Origin: Nitrospirota bacterium
GTDB lineage: Bacteria > Nitrospirota > UBA9217
DNA: 64,000 nucleotides
Direction of reading: 5' to 3'
NCBI GenBank assembly: GCA_963749655.1
Contig: CAVVOB010000019.1
Location: 1 to 64,000 of the forward strand
Part shown: positions 9,895 through 19,977 of the stretch, piece after piece
Layout of the letters: every line of letters begins with the position of its first letter
Numbering within the stretch: the stretch's first letter is position 1
Notes under the pieces: model-generated
Seen by the model: only the letters and a program-made list of their open reading frames with translations
What the model was told of the DNA's origin: nothing
Databases searched by the model: none
Program-made: the position numbers and the translations under genes

Positions 9895-11671
9895 AACGGT
9901 CGTGAAGCTGCTGCCGAAGAACCGCGTTCCCGATCCCGACCCTGAAGGACCGTCGTCTTCGTCCGGCAGGAAGATAGCACTCTTGAACATCGCCATCGCC
10001 ATCGTGACGGCGGCCCTGGTGGCCTATGCCCTTCTACCGCGGTCACCGCTGCTGATCAGGGGAGATCTGGCGCCGAAGACCGTCGTAGCTCCCTATACGC
10101 TGTACGTGGAATACCCGGGCCCGGATCAGGCCCTCCTCTTTGTCAAGGTGAGCAAGGGGGAGGTTATCGTCGAGGCAGGCCATCGCGTAACGGAGCGAGC
10201 CGAGAAGATCCTCGAGGAAATTGCACGACGCGAAGGCGTCAGCGACAGTATGCACGCTTACAGCGGCCTCGTAGCCCTCCTCCTGGTCTTTCTCTATCTG
10301 TTCTACCGTGACATCAAACGCTATCGTCCGGCACTCGTAGCGGACACGAAGAAAATGCTGCTGCTCGCGTCCCTGCTGCTTTTTGCCTTTTCTCTGTCCC
10401 AGTTCGCCAAATTCATGTTTTCTCCTTTATCGAACAAATTAGGCGTGGACCCGGCAACGGTCGGTTTTGCGCTTCCCGTCGCTGCAGGGGCCATGCTTAC
10501 GAGCATGCTCCTTGATTTTCACCTGGCCTTGGGCTTTTCTTTTGTCGTCAGCATACTCCTCGGCCTCTCCTTTCAGGGAGACCCCCTGATCCCGGTCTAT
10601 TATTTTCTTACCAGCATCGTCGCGGCACTCGGCGTAATCCAGTGCAAAAAACGAACAGCGGTCCTCAAGGCCGGCGCCTGGACCGGGTTGATCGGCGCCA
10701 TTGTCATCATCTGTATCGACCTGTACCACGGAGAACTCGCCGCCCGGGGCAGCTACGACCTCGCCGCGGGTCTTCTGGGGACGGCGCTCGTGACGATGAT
10801 TGTGTCCGTGACTTTGCCGTTCTTCGAAGCTGTTTTCGACATCGCCACCGACATCAAACTTCTTGAGCTTCTCGACCCGAATCACCCTCTGCTCAAAGAG
10901 CTGGTATATAAGAGTCCGGGGACATACCACCATAGCATCGTCATCGGGAATCTTGCCGAGGCTGCCGCCGAGACCATCGGTGAAAACCCGATTCTGGCGC
11001 GTGTCGGCGCTTACTATCACGACATCGGAAAGATCCATAAGCCGGAATACTTCATTGAGAATCAGCGCCCCTCGGAAAACAAACATGACCGCCTTATGCC
11101 TTCCATGAGCAGTCTGATCATCGCTTCCCATGTCAAGGAGGGCGTCGACGTCGCACGCGCGCACCGACTGCCGTCGGTCGTCATCGACATCATCCAGCAG
11201 CATCACGGAACATCGCTCATAACCTATTTTTACCAGAAAGCCAAGGAGCTGCAGCCTTATGCCGAGATCTCCGAGCAGGATTACCGGTATTCAGGGCCGC
11301 GTCCGCGCACCAAGGTTGCCGCCATCGTCATGTTGGCCGACGCCGTCGAGGCGGCGTCCCGTACACTGGAAAATCCGTCGCTCCAGCGGATCCAGGCTCT
11401 TACCAGCAGCGTCATCACACGCATATTTCTCGACGACCAGCTCAGCATGTGCGACCTCACCCTGAAAAATCTGCGGGAGATCTCCAAGAGTTTCAACCTC
11501 ATCCTGACCGGCATCTTCCATCACCGCATCGACTACCCCGGCATGGACTTCCCCGGAGAAAAAAAACGCAATGAACATCAGGATAAGAAACACCCAGAAG
11601 AAAAGAAAACTGGCGGCGGCAAAAATAAGAACGCAGATCGCGATCCTCTTGCGGAGCTCAAATCTTCCTGA
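9875..11671 (+). CDS. 7TM-HD phosphohydrolase (PgpH/YqfF-like cyclic dinucleotide phosphodiesterase)
   Basis: Multiple TM helices; PGTYHHS, YYHDIGK, QHHGT and MLADAVEAASR motifs; conserved phoH-HD-ybeY-dgkA order. Confidence 0.88.
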   Translation: MMTSKNETVVKLLPKNRVPDPDPEGPSSSSGRKIALLNIAIAIVTAALVAYALLPRSPLLIRGDLAPKTVVAPYTLYVEYPGPDQALLFVKVSKGEVIVEAGHRVTERAEKILEEIARREGVSDSMHAYSGLVALLLVFLYLFYRDIKRYRPALVADTKKMLLLASLLLFAFSLSQFAKFMFSPLSNKLGVDPATVGFALPVAAGAMLTSMLLDFHLALGFSFVVSILLGLSFQGDPLIPVYYFLTSIVAALGVIQCKKRTAVLKAGAWTGLIGAIVIICIDLYHGELAARGSYDLAAGLLGTALVTMIVSVTLPFFEAVFDIATDIKLLELLDPNHPLLKELVYKSPGTYHHSIVIGNLAEAAAETIGENPILARVGAYYHDIGKIHKPEYFIENQRPSENKHDRLMPSMSSLIIASHVKEGVDVARAHRLPSVVIDIIQQHHGTSLITYFYQKAKELQPYAEISEQDYRYSGPRPRTKVAAIVMLADAVEAASRTLENPSLQRIQALTSSVITRIFLDDQLSMCDLTLKNLREISKSFNLILTGIFHHRIDYPGMDFPGEKKRNEHQDKKHPEEKKTGGGKNKNADRDPLAELKSS

Positions 11672-12008
11672 CGCCGAGCTCGGCGTTCTGTTCATCGGCG
11701 ACCGGGCGATGCGGACTTTGAACCGTCAGTACCGCGGCAAGGACGTCACCACCGACGTACTTTCTTTCTCTCTTCGTGAAGGCCCCTTTACACAGGTGCA
11801 GCCCCACCTGCTGGGCGACATTGTCGTTTCCGTTCCGCGCGCGGAGCGTCAGGCGGGGGAAGCCGGCATTTCACTTGCCGCCGAGATCGACCGTCTCCTG
11901 GTGCACGGTTTGGTCCACCTCCTCGGTTACGATCATGAGCGGGGAGCGGCCGAGGAAAGGCGAATGAAACGGAAGGAACGGCAGTTTCTCAAGAGGATCG
12001 CCCGATGA
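11571..12008 (+). CDS. ybeY: rRNA maturation endoribonuclease YbeY
   Basis: LNRQYRGKD.TTDVLSF, LLGDIVVS and HGLVHLLGYDH motifs. Confidence 0.95.
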   Translation: MNIRIRNTQKKRKLAAAKIRTQIAILLRSSNLPDAELGVLFIGDRAMRTLNRQYRGKDVTTDVLSFSLREGPFTQVQPHLLGDIVVSVPRAERQAGEAGISLAAEIDRLLVHGLVHLLGYDHERGAAEERRMKRKERQFLKRIAR

Positions 12009-12706
12009 AGCCGAAAACGTGGTTCCAAAGCGCCAACCTGGCGATCGATGGTATCATCTATTCCGTCAAAACCCAGCGGCACATGCGATACCATCTCTTT
12101 GCCGCTCTTGCCGTGCTGGTTTCAGGCCTTCTGCTGAATATCTCCCGCGTGGAGTTCGTACTGCTGTGCATGGCCATCGTGCTCGTCCTGGTGACGGAAC
12201 TGCTGAATACGGCCATTGAAACGACGGTGGACATGATTTCCGAAGAGTACCACCCTCTTGCCAAAAGGGCCAAGGACATCGCCGCAGGCGTCGTATTAAC
12301 CGCATCGCTCGGCGCCCTGACCCTTGCGTATCTCATCCTGTATCCCGCTTTTCGATCTGCGGCGGAAAACAGAAGCTGGCATATCATGAAAGCGCCGCAC
12401 GACGTCGTGGCGTTCGTCTCACTCGCCGTCGTGATCATTCTTGTCGTCATCATCAAGGCGTTCGTGGGCAAAGGGGAACCGCTGCGCGGCGGCATGCCGA
12501 GCGGTCACGCGGCGATCTCCTTCTCAATCTGGGCCGCGGCATATCATCTTGCCGATTCTCTTTCCGTCATCATCCTGACGCTCCTGCTCGCGATCATGGT
12601 CAGCTGGAGCCGATGGTCTATGGGCATCCACCGGCCCCTTGAGGTCATTGCAGGCGCTCTGATTGGAACCGGCGTCACGTTTCTTTTTTTTCTGGTTTTC
12701 AGCTGA
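12005..12706 (+). CDS. dgkA: diacylglycerol/undecaprenol kinase fused to PAP2 domain
   Basis: ELLNTAIE...VD and AKDIAAG motifs; PAP2 motifs GGMPSGH and SRW...HRPLEV. Confidence 0.9.
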   Translation: MKPKTWFQSANLAIDGIIYSVKTQRHMRYHLFAALAVLVSGLLLNISRVEFVLLCMAIVLVLVTELLNTAIETTVDMISEEYHPLAKRAKDIAAGVVLTASLGALTLAYLILYPAFRSAAENRSWHIMKAPHDVVAFVSLAVVIILVVIIKAFVGKGEPLRGGMPSGHAAISFSIWAAAYHLADSLSVIILTLLLAIMVSWSRWSMGIHRPLEVIAGALIGTGVTFLFFLVFS

Positions 12707-12877
12707 GTTTTTGTGCAGGCCGATACAGCAACGGAGCGGCACCGGGTCTTCTGCGGAAATCGGCGTGGGATGGTTTTCCACGCGGCATCTTTACGGAAAG
12801 GCCGCGCGCACCCGACGGTCGGAGCTTCTTAAGATTCATCCCTGAGAACGGACAGAGCATCGTGGGAGAGCGCACCA

Positions 12878-13231
12878 GTGTTGAATAAGGTCCTTCAAGA
12901 TACGATTACCAGAGTGCATGGGGCGAGGGCCGTCATTTTTCTAGACGGGGAAGGGGAGGAGATCGCCAAGGCGGGCGCTGTCGATGTGGACATGAAATTC
13001 GTCGGCGCCTGGAAGGAGATTCACCTCGACCACATCAGGGAAATCGCCACGCGTCTCAACCTGGGTTCCATTCATGCCGTGCTGTTCTCGCTCGATGAGG
13101 GGAATGAACTGATCGTTCCGGTGACGGAGGAGTATTGTCTTCTGGTGTTCCTGTCGTCTTATGCCCACGTTCAGGACGTGCTGTCCGGACTGCGGCCGGC
13201 CATCGAGCTGCTGAAAAAAGAGGTCGAGTGA
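12878..13231 (+). CDS. Roadblock/LC7 (MglB-like) protein
   Basis: ~117 aa with GARAVIFLDGEGEEIA and the beta-meander pattern of roadblock proteins. Confidence 0.6.
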   Translation: MLNKVLQDTITRVHGARAVIFLDGEGEEIAKAGAVDVDMKFVGAWKEIHLDHIREIATRLNLGSIHAVLFSLDEGNELIVPVTEEYCLLVFLSSYAHVQDVLSGLRPAIELLKKEVE

Positions 13232-13244
13232 TCGCTCGATCGAG

Positions 13245-14204
13245 CTAGAGCTGGTCGAACATTCCCAGTATCCTGAATTTTTCATACCGCATTCTGACGA
13301 GATCGTCAGACAGTACGTTCCTGATCTCGGCCATATTCCTGGTTATTGCTTCCTTCAGCAGTTCCGCCGCCCTCCGGGGATCACGGTGCGCGCCGCCGAT
13401 GGGTTCCTCCACGACTTCATCGATCACCTTCATCTGGAACAAATCCTGGGCCGTGAGCTTCAGAAGGTCGGCGGCCTCGCTTGCCTTGGCCCCGTTGTTC
13501 CAGAGGATTGCGGCACACCCTTCCGGCGATATGACGGAATAGGTAGAATGCTCGAGCATGAGCACCCGGTCGGCCACTCCCAGTGCAAGCGCGCCGCCGC
13601 TGCCCCCCTCTCCGATCACCACGGAGACGATCGGGACGGTGAGTGCTGACATCACGAACAGGTTACGGGCGATCGACTCCCCCTGTCCGCGCTCCTCGGC
13701 GCCGATTCCGGGATAGGCGCCCTGAGTATCGATAAAGGTGATGATCGGTCTCCGAAACTTCTCGGCAAATCGCATGAGCCGCAGGGCCTTCCGGTAACCC
13801 TCCGGATTCGGCTGGCCGAAATTCCGGAACACGCGTTCTTTCAGGGTCCTGCCTTTCTGATGCCCGATAACGACGACCGGCATGCCGTCGAGTTTCGCCA
13901 TGCCGCAGACAATGGCGGGATCATCGGCGAACCCGCGGTCGCCGTGCATTTCGACGAAGTCGGTGAGCATTGCCTCTATATAATCGTGCGTGTAGGGGCG
14001 GTTCGCGTGGCGGGATATCTGGACCTTCTGCCAGGGCGTCAGTTTTGAGTAGATCTCGGCCAGCAGCTGGTCGGATTTTTTCTGTAATTTAAGGATTTCT
14101 TCTTCGAGATCGATTCCGCCGCTCGAGGTGAACAGGGTCAATTCCTCGATCTTTTTTTCCAGTTCAGCGATCGGCTTTTCGAATTCGAGATATTCCTGGG
14201 GCAA
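13245..14204 (-). CDS. accA: acetyl-CoA carboxylase carboxyltransferase alpha subunit
   Basis: LEFEKPI, HGDRGFADD, PEGYRKALR, GAEERGQ, GEGGSGGAL and YSVISPEGCA motifs. Confidence 0.97.
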   Translation of the reverse strand: MPQEYLEFEKPIAELEKKIEELTLFTSSGGIDLEEEILKLQKKSDQLLAEIYSKLTPWQKVQISRHANRPYTHDYIEAMLTDFVEMHGDRGFADDPAIVCGMAKLDGMPVVVIGHQKGRTLKERVFRNFGQPNPEGYRKALRLMRFAEKFRRPIITFIDTQGAYPGIGAEERGQGESIARNLFVMSALTVPIVSVVIGEGGSGGALALGVADRVLMLEHSTYSVISPEGCAAILWNNGAKASEAADLLKLTAQDLFQMKVIDEVVEEPIGGAHRDPRRAAELLKEAITRNMAEIRNVLSDDLVRMRYEKFRILGMFDQL

Positions 14205-14290
14205 AGTATGCTCCTCTGCTGCGTCATACCGTCAAAACAGACATGCCGCTCATAATGACGCGGCAGAAAACGGCAAGATCGAAGTGGGTC

Positions 14291-14319
14291 ATTATCTGAT
14301 ATTGGGGTCTTATTGTCAA
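14291..14319 (-). promoter_or_regulatory. sigma70 promoter of accA
   Basis: TTGACA-17 nt-GATAAT on the minus strand. Confidence 0.6.
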
Positions 14320-14563
14320 GAATTTGTTCAGTCCCGATGGTCAAGTGGTGGAAAAATGACGGTCACGACCCTGAAAGGGCGGGGCAACTTTCGCAATAAG
14401 CATTACCGATGGTAACAGTGGGATTTGCAGCAAACGCCCCCGTGGAAATTGCAAACAGCCTGTCGCAGTCGGTTTTACTTTGGTCGTCATTATTTGCGCT
14501 TGTGGTCATCGTGACGATGCTGCAGCACGTCTCCGGTCGGGATGCCGCGTACCGTCGAAACTA

Positions 14564-15058
14564 TCATGGGTCCACAAGTTGATGGAACAAACTCGATTCC
14601 CGCTTGTAAAACCCCTCTGTATGGAATGAATCGGGTAACTTGATCAATTCGTAATCTACATGATGACACAACTCATGCAGAAGGGTCCGCAGAAAAGAAC
14701 GGAATGCCACGACACGTTTATGCTTAATTGTCCGCATCCAGAGCGTGATCTTGGCCGAAGCGCGGCCTTCTGGCGGTTCGTAAAGCCCATGCAGCTCTCC
14801 CCATGCGCCTGAAGGACGTACAGCCAAAACCTGAATTCTTATCTGAGGAATCGACAGCCGTGAAACGATACCGGAAGCTATGCTCCGGCAACATTCTTCT
14901 ACAAGCGGCTGTTTGTCACCAGCCAGGGCCGCTTCCAGCTGAACAATGACCGGTCTGAGGTTTTCAGCGTGGGACAGGGGGAGGGAAGTGATAGAATCGC
15001 TCCTGCGATAGATGCGCTTCTGCTCCGTACTCAGCTTTTTGTAGTATGAAAATGACAT
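14564..15058 (-). CDS. conserved hypothetical protein with HExxH zincin-like motif
   Basis: GELHGLY...LLHELCHH...SFHTEGF; start probably at MSFSYY. Confidence 0.6.
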   Translation of the reverse strand: MSFSYYKKLSTEQKRIYRRSDSITSLPLSHAENLRPVIVQLEAALAGDKQPLVEECCRSIASGIVSRLSIPQIRIQVLAVRPSGAWGELHGLYEPPEGRASAKITLWMRTIKHKRVVAFRSFLRTLLHELCHHVDYELIKLPDSFHTEGFYKRESSLFHQLVDP

Positions 15059-15081
15059 CCAAGTGCCTGCATACAAAAAAA

Positions 15082-16459
15082 GGGTCTTCCGGGTTTAGTG
15101 TGGGTCATTTATAGCATCTGGGAGAAAGGAAGTCAGCACCTTCAGCTGAAGATACTCTTTATCCTTTATGCCATAAGCCCGACGTTGAATTACCCGAATC
15201 TTGTTGTTTAATCCCTCCATGAACCCGAGGGAGACCTTGTTGTCGGGATGACAGTAACTGATGATTCCATCCCAGTGGCGTTCGATCATTGCAGCAAACT
15301 TTTGAAACGGTTCCAAGCGGCTCCAGCGAAGCTGTTCTTTCCAGTTCTCAAAGAACTTCCGTGCCCAGGTCGGATTGTTGTATGACCACAGCTGGCCGAA
15401 AGATTCCTTGAGTAAATAAGCCTTGTGAAGGCGGCTATTGGCCTTGAGTAGGAGTTTCAAAGCCCGCTTGCCATTCATATCCAGGTTGTCCCGGTTTGAA
15501 AGCAGCGTATAGCGCTGGCCCTTGATGAACCGTCGTTCTTTGTCATTGACACGTTTGTATTCGCTCCGCCTAACCTCATCCAAGGCGAACGACAGGTGCC
15601 GGAGTACATGGAACTTGTCGAAGACGAGCTGAGCGTCCGGTGCATGGTGTTTAGTAGCGTTTCTGAAAGGCTTCCACATATCCATGACCGCCAGCTTGAT
15701 GCCCTTCGATATATCCGGTCCAATTTCATTGAAGAAGAGGTCTAAATCCTCTTCCTTGCGGCCGTTGCCGCCAAGCCATATCGGGCGCTGCTGATCCAGA
15801 TCGGCAACAACGATTGCATAGGTATGGCCCTTACGGATGGATATTTCATCGATGCCGATCACGCGAAGGTCCTTGGACGGCGGGTGCTTCGCCAGCAAAT
15901 CACGCATGTAGCTTTTCTCGATGCGCTGGACCTGGTCCCAGCTTAAGCGGTTCATCTCAGCTACTCGCGATATGGACATTTCACGACACTGACGCCCAAT
16001 GGCCTGTTCGAACCGTCCGGTGAATCTCTTGGATGATGCCAGCCAGGCAAGGGTCTCTCGCTTCACGGCTTGGCACCTCCGGCAGAATATGCGGCGATAC
16101 TCGAACTCAAGAGAGATCCGAATGCCGCCGGAGTCCAGATCTCTGACCCGATGGTTGACGCGATCGTAGAAGCCTCGTCGGCTACTGCCACAGGAACAGG
16201 TAGTTTTTTTTGCCGTCGTCGCAGGATGATAATACGACCACCGGGATCGTCCGGGTCATCCTTTAACCGTGACTGGGCTCGAAATCCCGGAAAGCTATAG
16301 AGCGAGCTAAGGGTGGTCTTCTTCATAAGGCAAGACGATACCCTTTGCACCGAAACGTGTCAAGTTATCAAAGAGCAATAAATCGTTAAAAGCAGCTTCA
16401 AATGGGCCTTATATCCATATATATGCTTCTTAGTGACCCACAGGAAAGTCAGAAGATCC
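15082..16459 (-). mobile_element. ISL3 family insertion sequence (1378 bp)
   Basis: 26-bp imperfect IRs (GGGTCTTCCGGGTTTAGTGTGGGTCA vs GGATCTTCTGACTTTCCTGTGGGTCA, 20/26 identical); 8-bp TSD CAAAAAAA at 15074-15081 and 16460-16467. Confidence 0.93.
15095..16326 (-). CDS. ISL3 transposase, split by a -1 frameshift at an A8 run
   Basis: GIDEISIRKGH, MDMWKPF, FDKFHV and EGLNNKIRVIQRRAYG motifs; N-terminal zinc-finger part (TTCSCG...RRIFCRRC) is joined by a -1 shift at 16204-16211. Confidence 0.9.
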
Positions 16460-16644
16460 CAAAAAAATAATTATAACTCGGCGCTGCTTTGAAGGCAAAT
16501 GGCAACAAAAATCAACGTGAAGCCCGGAGCCCTGCAGGAAATGATGAAAGAGGGGGCTGCACTGCGATATTCTTGACAAGCACTGCTCCTCGGTTCTAGA
16601 ATTTAATTATCAGGAAGTGTAGACTCTGGAAAGGGGGGAGGATC

Positions 16645-17004
16645 ATGCCGGTACTGGAACGACTCGAAATACGCGGGAACCAACGCACCGTCGTCGTTGA
16701 CGAAGAAGGTTATCTCGTAAATATCGGCGAATGGGACGAGAACGTTGCAGCAGTCCTGGCCGCACGGGAAGGCATTGGCGCGCTCACGGAGGACAAAATA
16801 GAAATCCTAAAATTCATCCGCGGCTATTACGGTAAATACGGATTTTTCCCGATCCTTCGCGCTGTATGTAAAAATGTCAACAAACCGAGAAACTGCATGA
16901 ACGAAGACTTCCCCGATGCCCTCGTTGCATGGAAACTCGCGGGCCTGCCCCATCCCGAAGAGCCGGTGATCAGCCTGCTGAAAGCCGGACAATCGCCGGG
17001 ATAA
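16645..17004 (+). CDS. TusE/DsrC-family protein lacking the C-terminal cysteines
   Basis: VDEEGYLVN...WDE.VA..LA.REGI..LT...ILKFIRGYY and AWKLAGLP motifs; tail has no Cys. Confidence 0.8.
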   Translation: MPVLERLEIRGNQRTVVVDEEGYLVNIGEWDENVAAVLAAREGIGALTEDKIEILKFIRGYYGKYGFFPILRAVCKNVNKPRNCMNEDFPDALVAWKLAGLPHPEEPVISLLKAGQSPG

Positions 17005-17443
17005 ATAACAGCGGAAGAACCGAAATAATCGTCGTTTCTTCTCCCCCGGGAATAGGTTTGTATCCGAGTGTTGCGGAAGCTGTGGAGACATGGTTCCTTG
17101 CATTACTGCATGAAGCCTTGCTTAGTCCTTTCCGGAATGAGGGACAGGGTGGTCTCATGTCCCGGCGCCTTTTCCGGAGACACGTTTATCTAACTTCTTG
17201 CCTTTTCTGTCCATTTATAGTAATTTCTGAATGCATCTTTTTGCCAACTCTGCATCCGAAGTGTCATGATGACCGGTGAAGTCCGTTGCACGGACGAACG
17301 CGGGTCTGTCGTTCCTTCCTGGCATAAAGGAAAAAATAGCAGTGTAAAAACGCATCTCAGACAAGACGTCTGCAAAGAATCCTGAAATGCCTACATCAAA
17401 AGGATGAGCAATATCAATAAATTGTAAGGAGGAGATATCAGCC

Positions 17444-17776
17444 TTGGAACTAGACGTACGCCTGGACAAAGAATCGCTTTCGATCACTATTCCTGATCCT
17501 TTTCACCTTGATCTGGATTCGATTGAGGGGAAAATCAGCTCATTCCTTGCCTCCCGGGAAGCAGACCTGCAGGGTTTGGACATTCGGGGACTCCTGCCTC
17601 GCATGGTCAAGGGCATTGCCGGATGCGAAGCAGGCTGTCCATCCGATGCCATGAGCGTTGTCAAAAAAGGCTTCCAGAATTTCAAGCTCGCTTACATCGA
17701 AGGAGGAATTCTTACAGCCACCAGCGAGCTCGCTCAGGGAAGGACTTTTGCTCTGAAACTCTTTCCTGATTTCTGA
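17444..17776 (+). CDS. hypothetical protein (CEAGCP motif)
   Basis: Strong SD AAGGAGGAG before TTG; 110-aa ORF. Confidence 0.6.
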   Translation: MELDVRLDKESLSITIPDPFHLDLDSIEGKISSFLASREADLQGLDIRGLLPRMVKGIAGCEAGCPSDAMSVVKKGFQNFKLAYIEGGILTATSELAQGRTFALKLFPDF

Positions 17777-17993
17777 TATCGCACAAAGTTCGGTGACCGG
17801 ACGAGTGCTCGGTCCGATACGCAGGCCTCCGCCTGATAGTTCAGCTCCGGAACGGGAGCTATTTGAACACCGAGGTTCCTCCCTCGCTCCTCTTGATTTT
17901 CATGGCGCCGGGAACTACCACAGTATTGCTGCCAGGTGAAAACTCATTTTCAATAAGTGAAGGGGTGCGCGTTTGGAGGAGGGAAACACATCT

Positions 17994-18869
17994 ATGCAAC
18001 GTTTGTTTACAGCCTTTATCCCTTTTTTTCTGCTTTTTTTCGCTGCACCGAACATCCCTGCTTCAGATACACGGCCTGCCTCTTCCATGGACAGGGATTT
18101 TTACACAATCGTCATCGTCCCTACCCTGCAGACGATTAAAAAGGCAATGAGTCCTGCACCCGAGGGATGGACCGTGACGGATGAAACCGTCATAGACCCG
18201 AACCCGCCTGCAGCGGTATCAGGCGATCCGGGCGAGCTCCGTGTCAGCTATTCAATTACCTATAAACGTGTTGCCGGAATAGAGCAGGAGAAGGAAAAGC
18301 TCAAGCAGGTTTCCGCAGACCTTGTCACGCGGATCACCGAATCAGCCAGAGCGGAGACCGACCAACTCGCACAGAAGAAGTCGGAACTCGGGAAAGCGCT
18401 GATCAAGGCTCAGAAACGCAAAGAAGTCGGCAGAGAACGGAAGATTAAAAATGAACTGGATGCAATCACCGACAGACTGAAGGCCATTGCCGGAGAGACC
18501 GAAAATAAGATCATTCGGGAAACAGAACCGTACCTTGTCAGGGACACAGCTGTCACGATCACCATCGCTCTGAATACAAACACCGCGGAATTTCCGCAAG
18601 CCGTCCCGTTCTCAAGGCACAAGGCCGCCTTTGCGCTTCGGAAGGAAGGGGAACACGTCGGCCCTACCGGCTGGAAAGACGGCCGTTCCATGATCCTGTA
18701 CGGCGACTGGCAGGAAGTCAGGGGAAATACTTTCCGCGCGGACATTGAATCGAAGCCGTACTGGCTGAAACCGCAAACGATCGTCATCACTGCGGACGGC
18801 GACCGGAACCGCATCGATCAACTTCTCAAGAAGACCGATTTGAAGACAATTGTAGAGTTGATGAAATAG
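17994..18869 (+). CDS. secreted hypothetical protein with central coiled coil
   Basis: SD GGAGGAGG; signal peptide MQRLFTAFIPFFLLFFAA; charged helical middle. Confidence 0.65.
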   Translation: MQRLFTAFIPFFLLFFAAPNIPASDTRPASSMDRDFYTIVIVPTLQTIKKAMSPAPEGWTVTDETVIDPNPPAAVSGDPGELRVSYSITYKRVAGIEQEKEKLKQVSADLVTRITESARAETDQLAQKKSELGKALIKAQKRKEVGRERKIKNELDAITDRLKAIAGETENKIIRETEPYLVRDTAVTITIALNTNTAEFPQAVPFSRHKAAFALRKEGEHVGPTGWKDGRSMILYGDWQEVRGNTFRADIESKPYWLKPQTIVITADGDRNRIDQLLKKTDLKTIVELMK

Positions 18870-19181
18870 ATACTGTCGCGTCCCGGATCTTCTTCACAAA
18901 CCGCGCAAACCGATGTCAAGACAAGCCAATGGCGCTCGGAGAGAAGCGCGCCGGCTCTGATCTTAACTTGCATTTTATGGTGAACTATACTATTCTCTAG
19001 ATTCATCAGAGGAGAACAGCGAACGATACAATGGTCTCCCGGCATCCCGGCGCACCAGAACGACTTGCCCGAGGCCGGCATAATAAGCATAATAATCTGT
19101 ACACCCACTGCGGCAAGCGCGAACTGAAGAGCCGACCCCGGCTCAATACAACAGTCTTTTGTTAAGGAGGATGGAAAATCT

Positions 19182-19958
19182 ATGCAACAAGCTTTGATGC
19201 TGTTCCTGGCAATCGTGATCACCGCCGGCACGGCCCTGGCCGGGAACAAAGCGCCGTCGGATTACGGGAAGGTGGTCCTGAACAGCGGCTCGCAAAAGGC
19301 GGGTCTCGCGCCCGTTGTTTTCGACCACTGGCTCCACCGGGCAAACTACACCTGCAGACTCTGCCATGTGGACATCGGATTTACCATGAAAGCGGGCGGA
19401 ACGGGGATCAAGGCCGCTGACAATGCAAACGGCCTCTACTGCGGTGTCTGCCACAACGGAAAAATGCAGCACAACGGACGGAACATATTTTCCTCCTGTT
19501 CCGAAAACCGATCGGACAAGACGCGCTGTGAGCGTTGTCATTCCGAAGGCAAATCAGTCAAACGTGATTACGAATTCACAGCCTTTACCGCAAAGTTTCC
19601 CAAGGACAAGCTCGGCAACGGGGTCAATTGGGAAAAAGCCGCGGAAGACGGCCTGATCAAACCCGTCGATTACATCGAAGGAGTATCGATCAAGAAGCCT
19701 GCCCAGGCCATACAGCAGGACTTTACCATTCAGCCCAAATCCCAGGGTGTGAATGAGATCCTGTTCTCACACAAGAAGCATTCTACCTGGAACGGCTGCG
19801 AAAGTTGCCACCCCTCGATCTTTATCGGCGGTAAAAAAGGCACTACCAAGTACTCCATGAAGGAGATCAACGAAGGCAAATTCTGCGGCGCCTGTCATGC
19901 ATCAGTGGCCTTCCCTCTGGCTGAGTGCGACCGTTGTCACTCAAAACCTGCGAAATAA
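19182..19958 (+). CDS. hexaheme cytochrome c with tandem c7-type domains
   Basis: Signal peptide; six CxxCH motifs (CRLCH, CGVCH, CERCH, CESCH, CGACH, CDRCH); FDHWLH and FSHKKH distal-ligand motifs. Confidence 0.92.
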   Translation: MQQALMLFLAIVITAGTALAGNKAPSDYGKVVLNSGSQKAGLAPVVFDHWLHRANYTCRLCHVDIGFTMKAGGTGIKAADNANGLYCGVCHNGKMQHNGRNIFSSCSENRSDKTRCERCHSEGKSVKRDYEFTAFTAKFPKDKLGNGVNWEKAAEDGLIKPVDYIEGVSIKKPAQAIQQDFTIQPKSQGVNEILFSHKKHSTWNGCESCHPSIFIGGKKGTTKYSMKEINEGKFCGACHASVAFPLAECDRCHSKPAK

Positions 19959-19977
19959 GCGGCATACGGGGTTGTTA

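Noticed and set aside
14361-14390. Hairpin CACGACCCTGAAAGGGCGGGGC resembling an IS200/IS605 end
   Set aside because: A single short imperfect hairpin with no tnpA, tnpB or iscB gene and no second end nearby.
17265-17310. Hammerhead-like CCGGTGAA-stem-GAAC
   Set aside because: The core deviates from CUGANGA/GAAA and stems I and III are not evident.
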